Shown piece by piece: positions 10,028 through 19,349 of a DNA stretch of 64,000 bases (its first letter is position 1; each line of letters starts with the position of its first letter). Below the pieces are notes generated by a model. The model was not told the origin of the DNA, did not search any database, and saw only the letters and a list, made by a program, of their open reading frames with translations. The position numbers were made by a program, and so were the translations under genes. This stretch comes from Terriglobia bacterium (GTDB taxonomy: Bacteria > Acidobacteriota > Terriglobia > 2-12-FULL-54-10): the NCBI GenBank assembly GCA_963666975.2, contig CAXVYR010000004.1:576001-640000 (forward strand). The letters are read 5' to 3'.

Positions 10028-10059
10028 GAAGTTAGGAAGTTAGGAAATTAGGAAATTAG
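10028..10059. repeat. Four tandem 8-bp units GAARTTAG upstream of metK
   Basis: GAAGTTAG GAAGTTAG GAAATTAG GAAATTAG. Confidence 0.9.
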
Positions 10060-10105
10060 AAAGATACAATCTATGCGACAGGAACAGCCTACGGACAGAA
10101 TTGGT

Positions 10106-10134
10106 TTGACACCCAATCTGGTCTTTGTTAATGT
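10106..10134 (+). promoter_or_regulatory. Putative sigma70 promoter for metK
   Basis: TTGACA-N17-TAATGT about 70 bp upstream of the start. Confidence 0.55.
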
Positions 10135-10203
10135 TGCCATTAGGTTTTGGCTGGGCTAGCCGATAAGACCCCCCGAAGATTTTATCTCAGGAGGACAACG
10201 CTG

Positions 10204-11394
10204 GTGGATCAACACGCCCGAAATTTTCTGTTTACTTCCGAATCTGTCACGGAGGGCCATCCGGACAAGATTGCCGACCAAATCTCCGATGCCATATTGG
10301 ATGCAGTGCTGGAGCAGGACCCGCAAGCCCGTGTAGCTTGCGAGTCAGTGGTGACCACCGGATTGGTCTTTGTTACCGGGGAGATCACCGCAAAAGGCAC
10401 GGTTGAATATCCTTCCATTGCCCGGAAGACGATTGAAGAGATCGGCTATACACGGGCCAAGTACGGCTTTGATTGCCACACCTGCGGGGTCTTGATCGCC
10501 ATTCATGAGCAGTCGCCGGATATCGCCCAGGGCGTCGATCCGGGTGGAGCGGGCGACCAGGGAATGATGTTCGGATATGCCTGCAATGAGACCGAAGAAT
10601 TGATGCCCCTGCCCATCCTGCTGGCGCACAAGCTGGTGCGCCGGTTAACCGAAGTGCGGAAAACCAGGACGCTGGACTTCCTGAGACCGGACGGCAAATC
10701 GCAGGTGAGTATTGTCTACGAAAACGGCAAGCCGGTTCGTGTGGATAGCGTGGTCATCTCAACCCAGCACAGCGAGGCGGTGAAAACCAAGGTCCTGCGG
10801 GATGCAATCATCGAGCAGGTGATTCTCCCGGTGCTTCCCAAGACGATGTCCGACGAGAAAACCAAGTTTCACATCAATCCGACGGGACGCTTCGTGGTAG
10901 GAGGCCCTCAGGGAGACAGCGGATTGACCGGCCGGAAAATTATTGTGGACACATACGGCGGCATGGGTCACCACGGCGGCGGCGCCTTCTCCGGCAAGGA
11001 CCCCAGCAAGGTGGACCGCTCGGCTTCCTACATGGCCCGCTACATCGCCAAAAATCTGATTGCGGCAGGCGTAGCCGAGCGGTGCGAAATTCAGCTGGCC
11101 TATGCGATCGGGGTGGCAGAACCGGTCTCAGTGATGGTGAACAGCTTCGGCACAGGATTGGTGGAAGAAGAAAAGCTGGTTCAATTGGTCCGCGACATTT
11201 TTCCGCTCACCCCTCTTGGAATCATTGACCACCTCGAACTGCGGCGGCCGATCTACAGGCAAACAGCCGCTTACGGCCACTTCGGACGAACGGAGAAGGG
11301 CTTCTCTTGGGAGCTGACCAACAAGGCCGAGGAAATCCGTCAGGCAGCCGGCCTGAAACAGGAAGCCGAACTGAAAGCTGTTTCGCGTCATTAG
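10204..11394 (+). CDS. metK: S-adenosylmethionine synthetase
   Basis: [28 protein letters not shown]; GTG start after AGGAGG. Confidence 0.98.
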   Translation: MDQHARNFLFTSESVTEGHPDKIADQISDAILDAVLEQDPQARVACESVVTTGLVFVTGEITAKGTVEYPSIARKTIEEIGYTRAKYGFDCHTCGVLIAIHEQSPDIAQGVDPGGAGDQGMMFGYACNETEELMPLPILLAHKLVRRLTEVRKTRTLDFLRPDGKSQVSIVYENGKPVRVDSVVISTQHSEAVKTKVLRDAIIEQVILPVLPKTMSDEKTKFHINPTGRFVVGGPQGDSGLTGRKIIVDTYGGMGHHGGGAFSGKDPSKVDRSASYMARYIAKNLIAAGVAERCEIQLAYAIGVAEPVSVMVNSFGTGLVEEEKLVQLVRDIFPLTPLGIIDHLELRRPIYRQTAAYGHFGRTEKGFSWELTNKAEEIRQAAGLKQEAELKAVSRH

Positions 11395-11643
11395 AAATTA
11401 AAAACGGTCAGTAAGGAAAATTGCCTCGGTACAGATAGATTCCGTTTAGGCTTTCCGGCAGCGCACTCTCTTCAATTGCGAATTTACCGGCGATAGCCCT
11501 CTCGCCGACTGCTGCGCAGGCTGATTTTGCGCGAGCGCGCACTCCGCGGCGATTTCTGGAAACGTAAACCTGCCGGCGGCAGCCGTTACCGGCGACAACC
11601 CCCTGAACCCGCTTCGGGAAGGGGCGAACAGGAGACGACTCAT

Positions 11644-12918
11644 ATGTCCAAAGCTTCCCATGTTGCCTGCGATGTAAAGGACCTGGGCTTGGCCGATACC
11701 GGCAAGCTGCGCCTCGAGTGGGCCGACCAATTCATGCCGGTGCTGACCACGATCCGTGGGCAGTTTGAAAAGAACCAGCCCTTGAAGGGTATCCGGGTTT
11801 CCGCCTGCTTGCACGTGACGACCGAGACGGGCAACTTGATGATCACCTTGAAATCGGGAGGCGCGGACGTCGTGATTTGCGCTTCCAATCCTCTTAGCAC
11901 CCAGGACGACGTAGCCGCCTGCCTGGTGCGCGACCATGGAATTCCCGTGTACGCCGTAAAAGGGGAGGACAACGACAGCTACTACTCCCATCTGAATTCG
12001 GCCATCGAACACCGGCCTAATCTCACCATGGACGACGGGGCCGATCTGGTAACCCTGGCGCACACCAAGCGGACTGATATGGCGAAGGACATTTTCGCCG
12101 GAACCGAGGAGACCACGACGGGAGTGATCCGGCTCAGAAGCATGTCCCAGGAAGGCATTTTGAAGTACCCCATCGTGGCCGTCAACGACGCTAACACCAA
12201 ACACTTCTTTGACAACAGGTATGGGACGGGCCAGTCCACCCTGGACGGCGTTCTGCGGGCAACGAACGTGCTGATCGCCGGGCTCACCGTGGTGATCTGC
12301 GGCTACGGATGGTGCGGAAAGGGTTTAGCCATGCGCTCCCGCGGCATGGGGGCCAACGTGATCGTCACCGAGGTTGATCCCACGCGGGCGCTGGAAGCGT
12401 CGATGGAAGGATACCGGGTGATGTCGCTGGCGGAAGCGGCGCCCGTCGGAAAGCTTTTCATCACCGTCACCGGCAACAAGAATGTTTTGCGGAAGGAACA
12501 CTTCGAAAAGATGCAGGACGGAACGCTGCTGGCCAATTCAGGCCACTTCAATGCCGAGATTGACATCCCGGCGCTTGAGAAGCTTTCCACCGGCAAACGG
12601 ACCACACGGGCTTTTGTGGAGGAGTACACCCAGCGCGACGGCCGCAAACTGAACTTACTGGGAGAAGGCCGGCTCATCAACTTGGCCAGCGCCGAAGGCC
12701 ACCCCGCCTCGGTGATGGACATGAGTTTCGCCAATCAGGCGCTCGCGGCGGAATACTTGGTGAAAAACGCCTCCAAGCTGGAAAATAAAGTCTATCCGGT
12801 TCCGGAAGCCATTGACCAGGATATTGCCGCGAAGAAACTGGACTCCATGGGAATTCACATCGACAAGCTGACGGCCGAACAGGAAAAGTATCTGACATCC
12901 TGGTCGGAAGGCACCTAG
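11644..12918 (+). CDS. ahcY: Adenosylhomocysteinase
   Basis: SNPLSTQDDVAA, EETTTG, FDNRYGTGQS, GYGWCGKG, GRLINL; ATG after AGGAG. Confidence 0.97.
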   Translation: MSKASHVACDVKDLGLADTGKLRLEWADQFMPVLTTIRGQFEKNQPLKGIRVSACLHVTTETGNLMITLKSGGADVVICASNPLSTQDDVAACLVRDHGIPVYAVKGEDNDSYYSHLNSAIEHRPNLTMDDGADLVTLAHTKRTDMAKDIFAGTEETTTGVIRLRSMSQEGILKYPIVAVNDANTKHFFDNRYGTGQSTLDGVLRATNVLIAGLTVVICGYGWCGKGLAMRSRGMGANVIVTEVDPTRALEASMEGYRVMSLAEAAPVGKLFITVTGNKNVLRKEHFEKMQDGTLLANSGHFNAEIDIPALEKLSTGKRTTRAFVEEYTQRDGRKLNLLGEGRLINLASAEGHPASVMDMSFANQALAAEYLVKNASKLENKVYPVPEAIDQDIAAKKLDSMGIHIDKLTAEQEKYLTSWSEGT

Positions 12919-13023
12919 TTCCGTTCCAACCGAATCAACCCATTGGCGGCGAGCAGGCAGGAAACAAGACCAAGCGAGACCACGCTCGGTTTCTGCCATT
13001 CCGGCTGATTCTTAAAAACAACT

Positions 13024-14481
13024 ATGCGAGAGTACGCCGAAAGAGCGCTCGATTATCTGGACGGGGGCAAAGTCGACTACGCCGACGTCCGCGTAATTGA
13101 TTCGCGCGAGCGGCACATCGCTACCAAAAACGGCAAGATGGCCGACGCCTCCTCGGAAGAATCCCTGGGGCTGGGCGTTCGCGTCCTGTTGAAAGGCTCC
13201 TGGGGGTTCGCCGCCACCGACAATTTCTCGGCGGATTCCGTGGCGGCTACCGCGGCGCGGGCTGTCGAGATCGCCCGGGCCAGCGCCGGGGTGAAAAAAG
13301 CAGATGTGGTTCTGGCGCCGGAAGAGAAAATTGTAGACACATGGAGTTCACCGTTCCGCGTGGACCCGTTCACAACCTCCGTGGAAGAAAATCTGGGTCT
13401 GCTGCTCCAAGCCGACGCGGAGTTGCGCTCCGTAGCGGGAGTCACCCTGGCGGAGACGGGCCTGCAATTCCGGCGCACGCACGAAATCTTCCTCAGCACC
13501 ATTGGCTCGGCAATTGAACAGACCCGCCTGGTAACCGGAGCCGGCATGGCCGCCTACAGCTTTGCCGATGGCGAGATTCAGAAACGCTCCTACCCCAACT
13601 CTTTCGGCGGGCAGTATCAGTTGAAAGGCTACGAGCTGGTGGAGGAATTGCGGCTCGCCGAAAATGCGCGGCGGATTGCGGAGGAAGCGGTGGCCCTGCA
13701 CCGTGCCGACCTGTGCCCGCGCGGCAGCCGAACGTTGATCCTGGACAGCTCACAACTCGGCCTGCAAATCCATGAGTCCATCGGCCACCCCGCCGAGCTG
13801 GACCGCGTGCTGGGCATGGAAGCCAACTTCGCCGGCACCAGTTTTTTGACCCTGGATCAGTTGCGGAAGCTTCGCTACGGCTCCGATATTGTCCACGTCG
13901 TGGCCGATGCACGGCTCGAACACGGGCCCGGCCTCGGCACCTTTGGCTATGACGACGAGGGAGTCCCCGCCCAGTGCGCTGACATCATCAAAGACGGATT
14001 GTTTGTGGGCTATCTGACTTCGCGGGAGACGGCCCCCACCGTGGGCGAGAAGCGGTCCAATGGAACCATGCGGGCCGAGGGATGGAACTACACTCCGCTG
14101 ATCCGCATGACCAACGTCAGCCTCCTGCCCGGCCACGGGACCCCGGAAGACCTGATCGCCGACACCGAAGACGGCATTTATATGGAGACCAACCGCAGTT
14201 GGTCGATTGACGACCGCCGCTACCATTTTCAATTCGGCTGCGAACTAGGCTGGGAGATCCGCAAGGGCAAGAAGACCCGCATGCTGAAAAATCCCAGCTA
14301 CAGCGGCATCACCACGGAGTTCTGGAACTCTTGCGATGCCATCTGCGGCCCGGAGAGCTGGACGCTCTGGGGCACGCCCAACTGCGGCAAAGGCCAGCCG
14401 TCGCAGACGATGGGCACGGGCCACGGCGCCTCCCCGTCCCGTTTTCGGAACGTCACTGTGGGGATCGCTTATGCTCCCTAA
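13024..14481 (+). CDS. tldD: TldD family metalloprotease
   Basis: HESIGHPAELDR (HExxGH), YDDEG, RMTN, NCGKGQP. Confidence 0.93.
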   Translation: MREYAERALDYLDGGKVDYADVRVIDSRERHIATKNGKMADASSEESLGLGVRVLLKGSWGFAATDNFSADSVAATAARAVEIARASAGVKKADVVLAPEEKIVDTWSSPFRVDPFTTSVEENLGLLLQADAELRSVAGVTLAETGLQFRRTHEIFLSTIGSAIEQTRLVTGAGMAAYSFADGEIQKRSYPNSFGGQYQLKGYELVEELRLAENARRIAEEAVALHRADLCPRGSRTLILDSSQLGLQIHESIGHPAELDRVLGMEANFAGTSFLTLDQLRKLRYGSDIVHVVADARLEHGPGLGTFGYDDEGVPAQCADIIKDGLFVGYLTSRETAPTVGEKRSNGTMRAEGWNYTPLIRMTNVSLLPGHGTPEDLIADTEDGIYMETNRSWSIDDRRYHFQFGCELGWEIRKGKKTRMLKNPSYSGITTEFWNSCDAICGPESWTLWGTPNCGKGQPSQTMGTGHGASPSRFRNVTVGIAYAP

Positions 14482-15805
14482 AGAGCGCTGCCAGGAAATC
14501 TTCGCCGAAATCCTGAAGCACAGCGACGCCGATGAAACCGAGCTTCTGGTATGGAGCGGCGCGCACCAACTCACACGCTTCGCCAACAACACCATCACTC
14601 AGAACGTCGCCGAAGAAGGCGATGTCCTCTCCGTTCGCATGGTTTATGGCGGACGGACCGCACGGGCCACCACCAACAAATCTGACGCGGAAAGCCTTCG
14701 CCGCGTGGTTGCCGAATCGGCCAGCCTGGCGCGGCAGCAGCAGCCCGACCCGGAGCTATTGCCGATGCCGGGACCGCAAACTTACCAGCCCGTGGAGCGA
14801 TACTTTGAGGCCACAGCGGCCGCCACTGCCCAGGACCGCGCTGACGCTGTTGCCCAAGCCGTGCGCGTAGCGGAAAAAAACGGACAAACAGCCGCAGGAA
14901 TCTATTCCACCACCACCGGCATGCAGGCCGTGCTGAATTCCAGCGGAGTGGCCGCATATTACAAAGACACCAATGCAGAGTTTTCCATTTCCGTGCTCGA
15001 TGCCGACAGCTCCGGTTGGGCTAAAAAGAACGCGCCCGACGCCTCTGCCATCCATGCGGAAGAATTGGCGGAACGCGCTTCCCGCATTGCTACCCTCAGC
15101 CGGAACCCCAAGGAAATGGCCCCGGGCAAATACGTCACCATCCTGGAGTCCTCCGCCGTGCTCGACATGCTCGGCTTCCTGTTCCCCGATTTTTCCGGAC
15201 AGGCCATGCGGGACCAGCGGAGCTTTTTGACCGACCGCATGGGACAGAAACTGTTCGGCGAGAACATCACCATCCGGGACGACGTCTGCCATGCGGACCA
15301 AGCGGGACCGCCGTTTGACGGGGAGGGCGTCAGCCGCAAGACAGTCAATCTGGTGGAAAAGGGTGTAGCCAAGGAACTCACCTACTGCCGGCAGACGGCC
15401 CAGGCCATGGGAACCGAGCCGACAGGACACGGCTTTCCCCTTCCGAATGACATGGGCGAAGCTCCCCTCAACATTGTGTTTGCAGGGGACACGCACTCCG
15501 TGGACGAGATGATCTCCACGACGGAGCGTGGAATCCTGGTGACACGGCTCTGGTACATCCGGGAGGTCGATCCCTACAAGAAGATGCTGACCGGGATGAC
15601 TCGCGACGGCACCTTCTATATCGAGAACGGCCGGGTTCGGCATGGAATTAAAAATTTCCGCTTTAACGAAAGCGCCATTGACCTGCTGAATTGCGTGCAG
15701 ATGGCAGGGCATCCCGAGAGAGCTGCCGGGGAAGAGTCGGAACCGATGGTCGTGCCCCCGCTAAAAGTCTCTGAGTTCAATTTCACCGAAGTGACAAAGT
15801 TTTAA
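14471..15805 (+). CDS. TldE/PmbA family protein
   Basis: TRFANN, PFDGEG, TGMTRDG, NFRFN; overlaps the tldD stop; no HExxH. Confidence 0.9.
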   Translation: MLPKERCQEIFAEILKHSDADETELLVWSGAHQLTRFANNTITQNVAEEGDVLSVRMVYGGRTARATTNKSDAESLRRVVAESASLARQQQPDPELLPMPGPQTYQPVERYFEATAAATAQDRADAVAQAVRVAEKNGQTAAGIYSTTTGMQAVLNSSGVAAYYKDTNAEFSISVLDADSSGWAKKNAPDASAIHAEELAERASRIATLSRNPKEMAPGKYVTILESSAVLDMLGFLFPDFSGQAMRDQRSFLTDRMGQKLFGENITIRDDVCHADQAGPPFDGEGVSRKTVNLVEKGVAKELTYCRQTAQAMGTEPTGHGFPLPNDMGEAPLNIVFAGDTHSVDEMISTTERGILVTRLWYIREVDPYKKMLTGMTRDGTFYIENGRVRHGIKNFRFNESAIDLLNCVQMAGHPERAAGEESEPMVVPPLKVSEFNFTEVTKF

Positions 15806-15806
15806 C

Positions 15807-15878
15807 AAGAGGGTTCTAAAAACAGTGTTCTAAAAAGAGTGTTCTAAGGACAGTGTTCTAAAAAATAGTGTTCTGAAA
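15807..15878. repeat. Five degenerate ~14-bp tandem units (core AGTGTTCTAA)
   Basis: Immediately after the tldE stop; GTTC recurs with period 14-15. Confidence 0.9.
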
Positions 15879-15940
15879 CTGCGTCTCGGCAGGCTGCTTT
15901 CGTCTTCGAACGGCTGAACCGCATGATATAATTTTCGGGC

Positions 15941-16588
15941 ATGGCTACTTCTAAACTCTGCGCGATCTGCAATAAAAGAAAGGCGAAACGCTTCTGCCCG
16001 GGGATGAGCGAATCGATCTGCTCCACCTGTTGCGGCACCGAGCGCGAGGTAAAAGTAGATTGCCCTTTTGATTGCAGCTATCTGCGGGAAAGCCGGCGCT
16101 ATGAGTCCGGAAGGATGCAGCCATCGCGCGAGATGCCCTTCGAGGATATCGAGGTGAGCGATTCCTTTCTGGTGGAAAACGAGCAGTTGATTGGACGAAT
16201 TGCCTATCATCTGCTCCAGTACGCCCTGGAAAATCCGCGCACAACGGATGCCGATATCGAAGGGGCCCTGGAGAAACTGGTTCGCACCTATCAGACGCTG
16301 GTGAGCGGCATCTATTACGAATCGCTGCCGGAGGACACGGCGCAGGTCGGGGTCTTTCGCAGCCTCCAGAATTTCTTCCAGGAGCAGCAAGAGAAAGCGC
16401 AAAAGGGCGGCGGGATAGCAACGCTCAAGGAGGGTGACGTGCTCCGCTCCCTGGTATTTCTGGACAGACTGGCTACGGCGAACTCCAACCAAAGACCTCG
16501 CGGAAGAGCGTTTATTGATTTTTTGCGCCAAGCCTATCCGGAAGCAAGCTCCCGGAAAGAAGAGTCCAATCTGGTGATTCCCGGTTGA
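15941..16588 (+). CDS. Hypothetical protein with Cys-rich N-terminal putative zinc-binding domain
   Basis: CAIC-x8-CP-x6-CSTCC-x8-CPFDC then a helical region. Confidence 0.8.
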   Translation: MATSKLCAICNKRKAKRFCPGMSESICSTCCGTEREVKVDCPFDCSYLRESRRYESGRMQPSREMPFEDIEVSDSFLVENEQLIGRIAYHLLQYALENPRTTDADIEGALEKLVRTYQTLVSGIYYESLPEDTAQVGVFRSLQNFFQEQQEKAQKGGGIATLKEGDVLRSLVFLDRLATANSNQRPRGRAFIDFLRQAYPEASSRKEESNLVIPG

Positions 16589-16629
16589 TCCCCTGTTGAT
16601 CCATGGTCAATTCATGGTTGATCCCCGGA
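16575..16629. repeat. Five degenerate 11-bp tandem units overlapping the stop codon
   Basis: TGATTCCCGGT TGATCCCCTGT TGATCCATGGT CAATTCATGGT TGATCCCCGGA. Confidence 0.8.
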
Positions 16630-16756
16630 ACGGGAAGCAGCGGGCGGAATTTTCAGGCGAAAATGATCCAACCGCTCCAGCTTGCTTTTAGTCTAACGGT
16701 TCGCGGAAGCAATCGTTTTTCAAGGAAGCCGGAACCCGTCGGGAGACGAGGCGGAA

Positions 16757-17524
16757 ATGAGCGATACAGAAACCAAACTGGTTGAAGAGCTGGTAACGGC
16801 CAATCGCATTCTGGCCAACGAAGATATCATCGACATTTTTGGGCACATTTCCGTCCGCAGCGCGCGGAACCCGCAGGAGTTTCTGCTTTCCTGTTCCCGC
16901 TCCCCTGCGGCGGTGACCGCCGCCGACATCATGCGTTACCGCCTGGACTGCGCCATCATCACCCAGACCAGCGAAAAGCAGTACGCGGAGCGCGTGATTC
17001 ACGGGGCCATCTTCCAGGCACGGCCGGAAGTGCAAGCCGTGTGCCATACGCACAGCGAAGGCATCCTGCCCTTTGCCTGCACCGGGGAGCAGATTCGGCC
17101 CGTGATTCACGTGGGGACCATGTTTTGGGAGGGCGTCGGCTGGTTTGAGAAATACGACGATGGCGGTAACATGCTGGTGGCTTCCGTGACGGAAGGCAGG
17201 GCGCTGGCCGAGTCACTGGGCTCCGGCAAAGCCGCCCTGTTGAAAAGCCACGGGTGCGTCGTCGCGGGCAACAATCTGCGCGAGACCATCATGGCAGCTA
17301 TCTATCTGGACAGGAACGCGCGGGTTCAGCTTGAGGCGATGCGGCTGGGCAAACCCTTCTATATTGACCGGGAGGAAGCCCGGCGCGGAGCTTCGGTCTT
17401 TGAAAAACCATTCGTGCAGGATCGTGCCTGGGGCTACTGGCTGGCGCGTTTGCCGAAAGGATGGGAGACCGGGGCGGGAGTCTCCCCGGCGAGCGGCTCC
17501 AGCCTGGAAGCGACTGCCGGTTAA
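16757..17524 (+). CDS. Class II aldolase/adducin family protein
   Basis: FGHISVR, ERVIHGAIF..RPEV.AVCHTHS, LLKSHG. Confidence 0.92.
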   Translation: MSDTETKLVEELVTANRILANEDIIDIFGHISVRSARNPQEFLLSCSRSPAAVTAADIMRYRLDCAIITQTSEKQYAERVIHGAIFQARPEVQAVCHTHSEGILPFACTGEQIRPVIHVGTMFWEGVGWFEKYDDGGNMLVASVTEGRALAESLGSGKAALLKSHGCVVAGNNLRETIMAAIYLDRNARVQLEAMRLGKPFYIDREEARRGASVFEKPFVQDRAWGYWLARLPKGWETGAGVSPASGSSLEATAG

Positions 17525-17609
17525 TAGGGACTATTGTTTTCAAGTGTGCCTGCCGAAAGATAATATTTGGGCATAAGTAAACCGAGCCAATGAAGCAAGT
17601 TCAGCAATC

Positions 17610-17951
17610 ATGATACGCAGCTTCCAAGGAATCACGCCCCAAATCGCTCCGACGGCTTACATCGACGATAGCGCGCAGATCATCGGCGATGTCGTCATCG
17701 GAGAGCATTCCAGCGTCTGGCCGCTGGCGGTCATCCGGGGCGACGATCACTACATCCGGATCGGCTCGGGGTCGATTGTGGCGGCAGGCGCCGTGGTGCC
17801 GGTGCTTCCCCCCGGCTCCTTGATTATGGGTTTGCCCGGCAAAGTCCGGCGGCAATTGAACGACGAGGACATGCAGCGCATTGACCGGAACGTCGCCAGC
17901 TACGACCGCCTGAAGAATCAGTACATGGCAGAAAGGAACGGCAGTTCCTGA
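17610..17951 (+). pseudogene. Gamma-carbonic anhydrase (YrdA-like) gene with in-frame internal deletion
   Basis: N-terminus (AQIIGDVVIG..SSVW..AVIRGD..YIRIG) joins directly to SGSIVAAGAVV; the central Zn-binding His region is absent; only 113 aa. Confidence 0.75.
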
Positions 17952-17999
17952 TGGGATGCGGCAACTGTTTGACCGCTCCGCATTCCTTGGGACACACAC

Positions 18000-19286
18000 A
18001 TGAACCGCGGACAGCCGATCCGGGCGATCAAGGGGATGCGCGACATCCTTCCGCCGGAATCCGCTCTGTGGGAGCACATTGAACAGGTGGCGCGCAGCGT
18101 GTTCCGGGCTTATGCGTATCAGGAGATTCGGACGCCGCTGGTGGAGGTGACAGACCTGTTTGCGCGGGGGGTCGGCCAGGAGACCGATATCGTTACCAAG
18201 GAGATGTACACCTTTGACGACCGGGACCGCCAGTCGCTGACCCTGCGGCCGGAGGCCACGGCCTCGGTGGTGCGAGCCTTTTTGGAACATCAGATGCACA
18301 CGCAGCCTGGGTTGAAGAAGTTCTACTACATGGGACCGATGTTCCGGCGGGAGCGGCCTCAGAAAGGACGTTACCGCCAGTTCTACCAGATTGGCGCTGA
18401 GGCAATCGGTTCGGAAAGCCCCAGGGTGGATGCCGAAATTCTGGAGATGCTGATCGCCTTGCTCTCTCGCCTGCGTCTGACGGGTTTTACGCTGCTGTTG
18501 AATTCCGTTGGCTGCCAGAAATGCCGCCCGCAGTACTTGGCCACTCTGCGGCAAGAACTGGAGAAGGTCCGCGACCGTCTATGCCCGGACTGCCAGCGTC
18601 GCAGCGAGACCAACCCGCTCCGGGTGCTCGATTGCAAGGTGCCGGCCGACCAGCCAGTCATCGACCGGTTGCCTGCTCTGTCCGGCTCGCTCTGCGCGGC
18701 TTGCCGGGAGCACTTTGACCAATTGCAGGGCTACCTGAAGGAACGTAACATTCCCTTTCAGTTGCAGCCGCGCATGGTGCGGGGACTGGATTACTATACC
18801 CGGACCACCTTTGAAATTACGCACGGGGCACTGGGAGCGCAGAATGCTCTGCTGGGAGGCGGACGCTATGACGGCCTCTCGGAAGCGCTGGGAGGCCCGC
18901 CGGCCCCCGGCATCGGTTTTTCGATTGGAGAAGACCGCTTTGCCCTTACCGTAGAGGCTGTGCCAAACGACCTTTCCCTCTACATTGCATGGATGGGGGA
19001 GAGCGCTTATCGCCACGCTGCCGAGCTGGCTCGCGAGCTTCGCGCCCGGAATGTGATGGTCGAGGTTGCGTCCGACTCGGTAAAACTTAAGAAGGCACTG
19101 GAACTGGCCTCTCGCCTGAAGGCGCGCTCCGTGCTGATTATTGGAGACAAGGAATTGGCCGAGGGCAGATATCCTCTGCGAGACATGGCCCGCGGGGAGC
19201 AGCGCATTGTCACCAAACCAGAGTTGCTCCAGCAATTCGCCGGCCCGGCGCCGCTTCCCTCATTTGCCGGCGCCAAACCAAGCTGA
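18000..19286 (+). CDS. hisS: Histidine--tRNA ligase
   Basis: KGMRD, LRPEATA, FRRERPQKGRYRQFYQ, VRGLDYY, GGGRYDGL. Confidence 0.98.
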   Translation: MNRGQPIRAIKGMRDILPPESALWEHIEQVARSVFRAYAYQEIRTPLVEVTDLFARGVGQETDIVTKEMYTFDDRDRQSLTLRPEATASVVRAFLEHQMHTQPGLKKFYYMGPMFRRERPQKGRYRQFYQIGAEAIGSESPRVDAEILEMLIALLSRLRLTGFTLLLNSVGCQKCRPQYLATLRQELEKVRDRLCPDCQRRSETNPLRVLDCKVPADQPVIDRLPALSGSLCAACREHFDQLQGYLKERNIPFQLQPRMVRGLDYYTRTTFEITHGALGAQNALLGGGRYDGLSEALGGPPAPGIGFSIGEDRFALTVEAVPNDLSLYIAWMGESAYRHAAELARELRARNVMVEVASDSVKLKKALELASRLKARSVLIIGDKELAEGRYPLRDMARGEQRIVTKPELLQQFAGPAPLPSFAGAKPS

Positions 19287-19349
19287 GCATGACTGCTCTG
19301 CTTGCAATATTTTCTGCCACGAAGCGGTCAGTGTTATGGAGATGTCGGA

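Noticed and set aside
9940-10203. SAM riboswitch or 28-aa leader peptide upstream of metK
   Set aside because: No SAM-I/II consensus seen by eye; the short ORF overlaps the promoter and has no Met-rich signature
13024-15805. tldD/tldE as part of a RiPP cluster with metK/ahcY
   Set aside because: No precursor peptide, YcaO or radical SAM gene nearby; TldDE pairs are common housekeeping genes
15807-15878. GTTC repeats as a LexA box or a mini CRISPR
   Set aside because: Spacing is GTTC-N10/11-GTTC rather than the GTTC-N7-GTTC LexA type; there are no unique spacers and no cas genes
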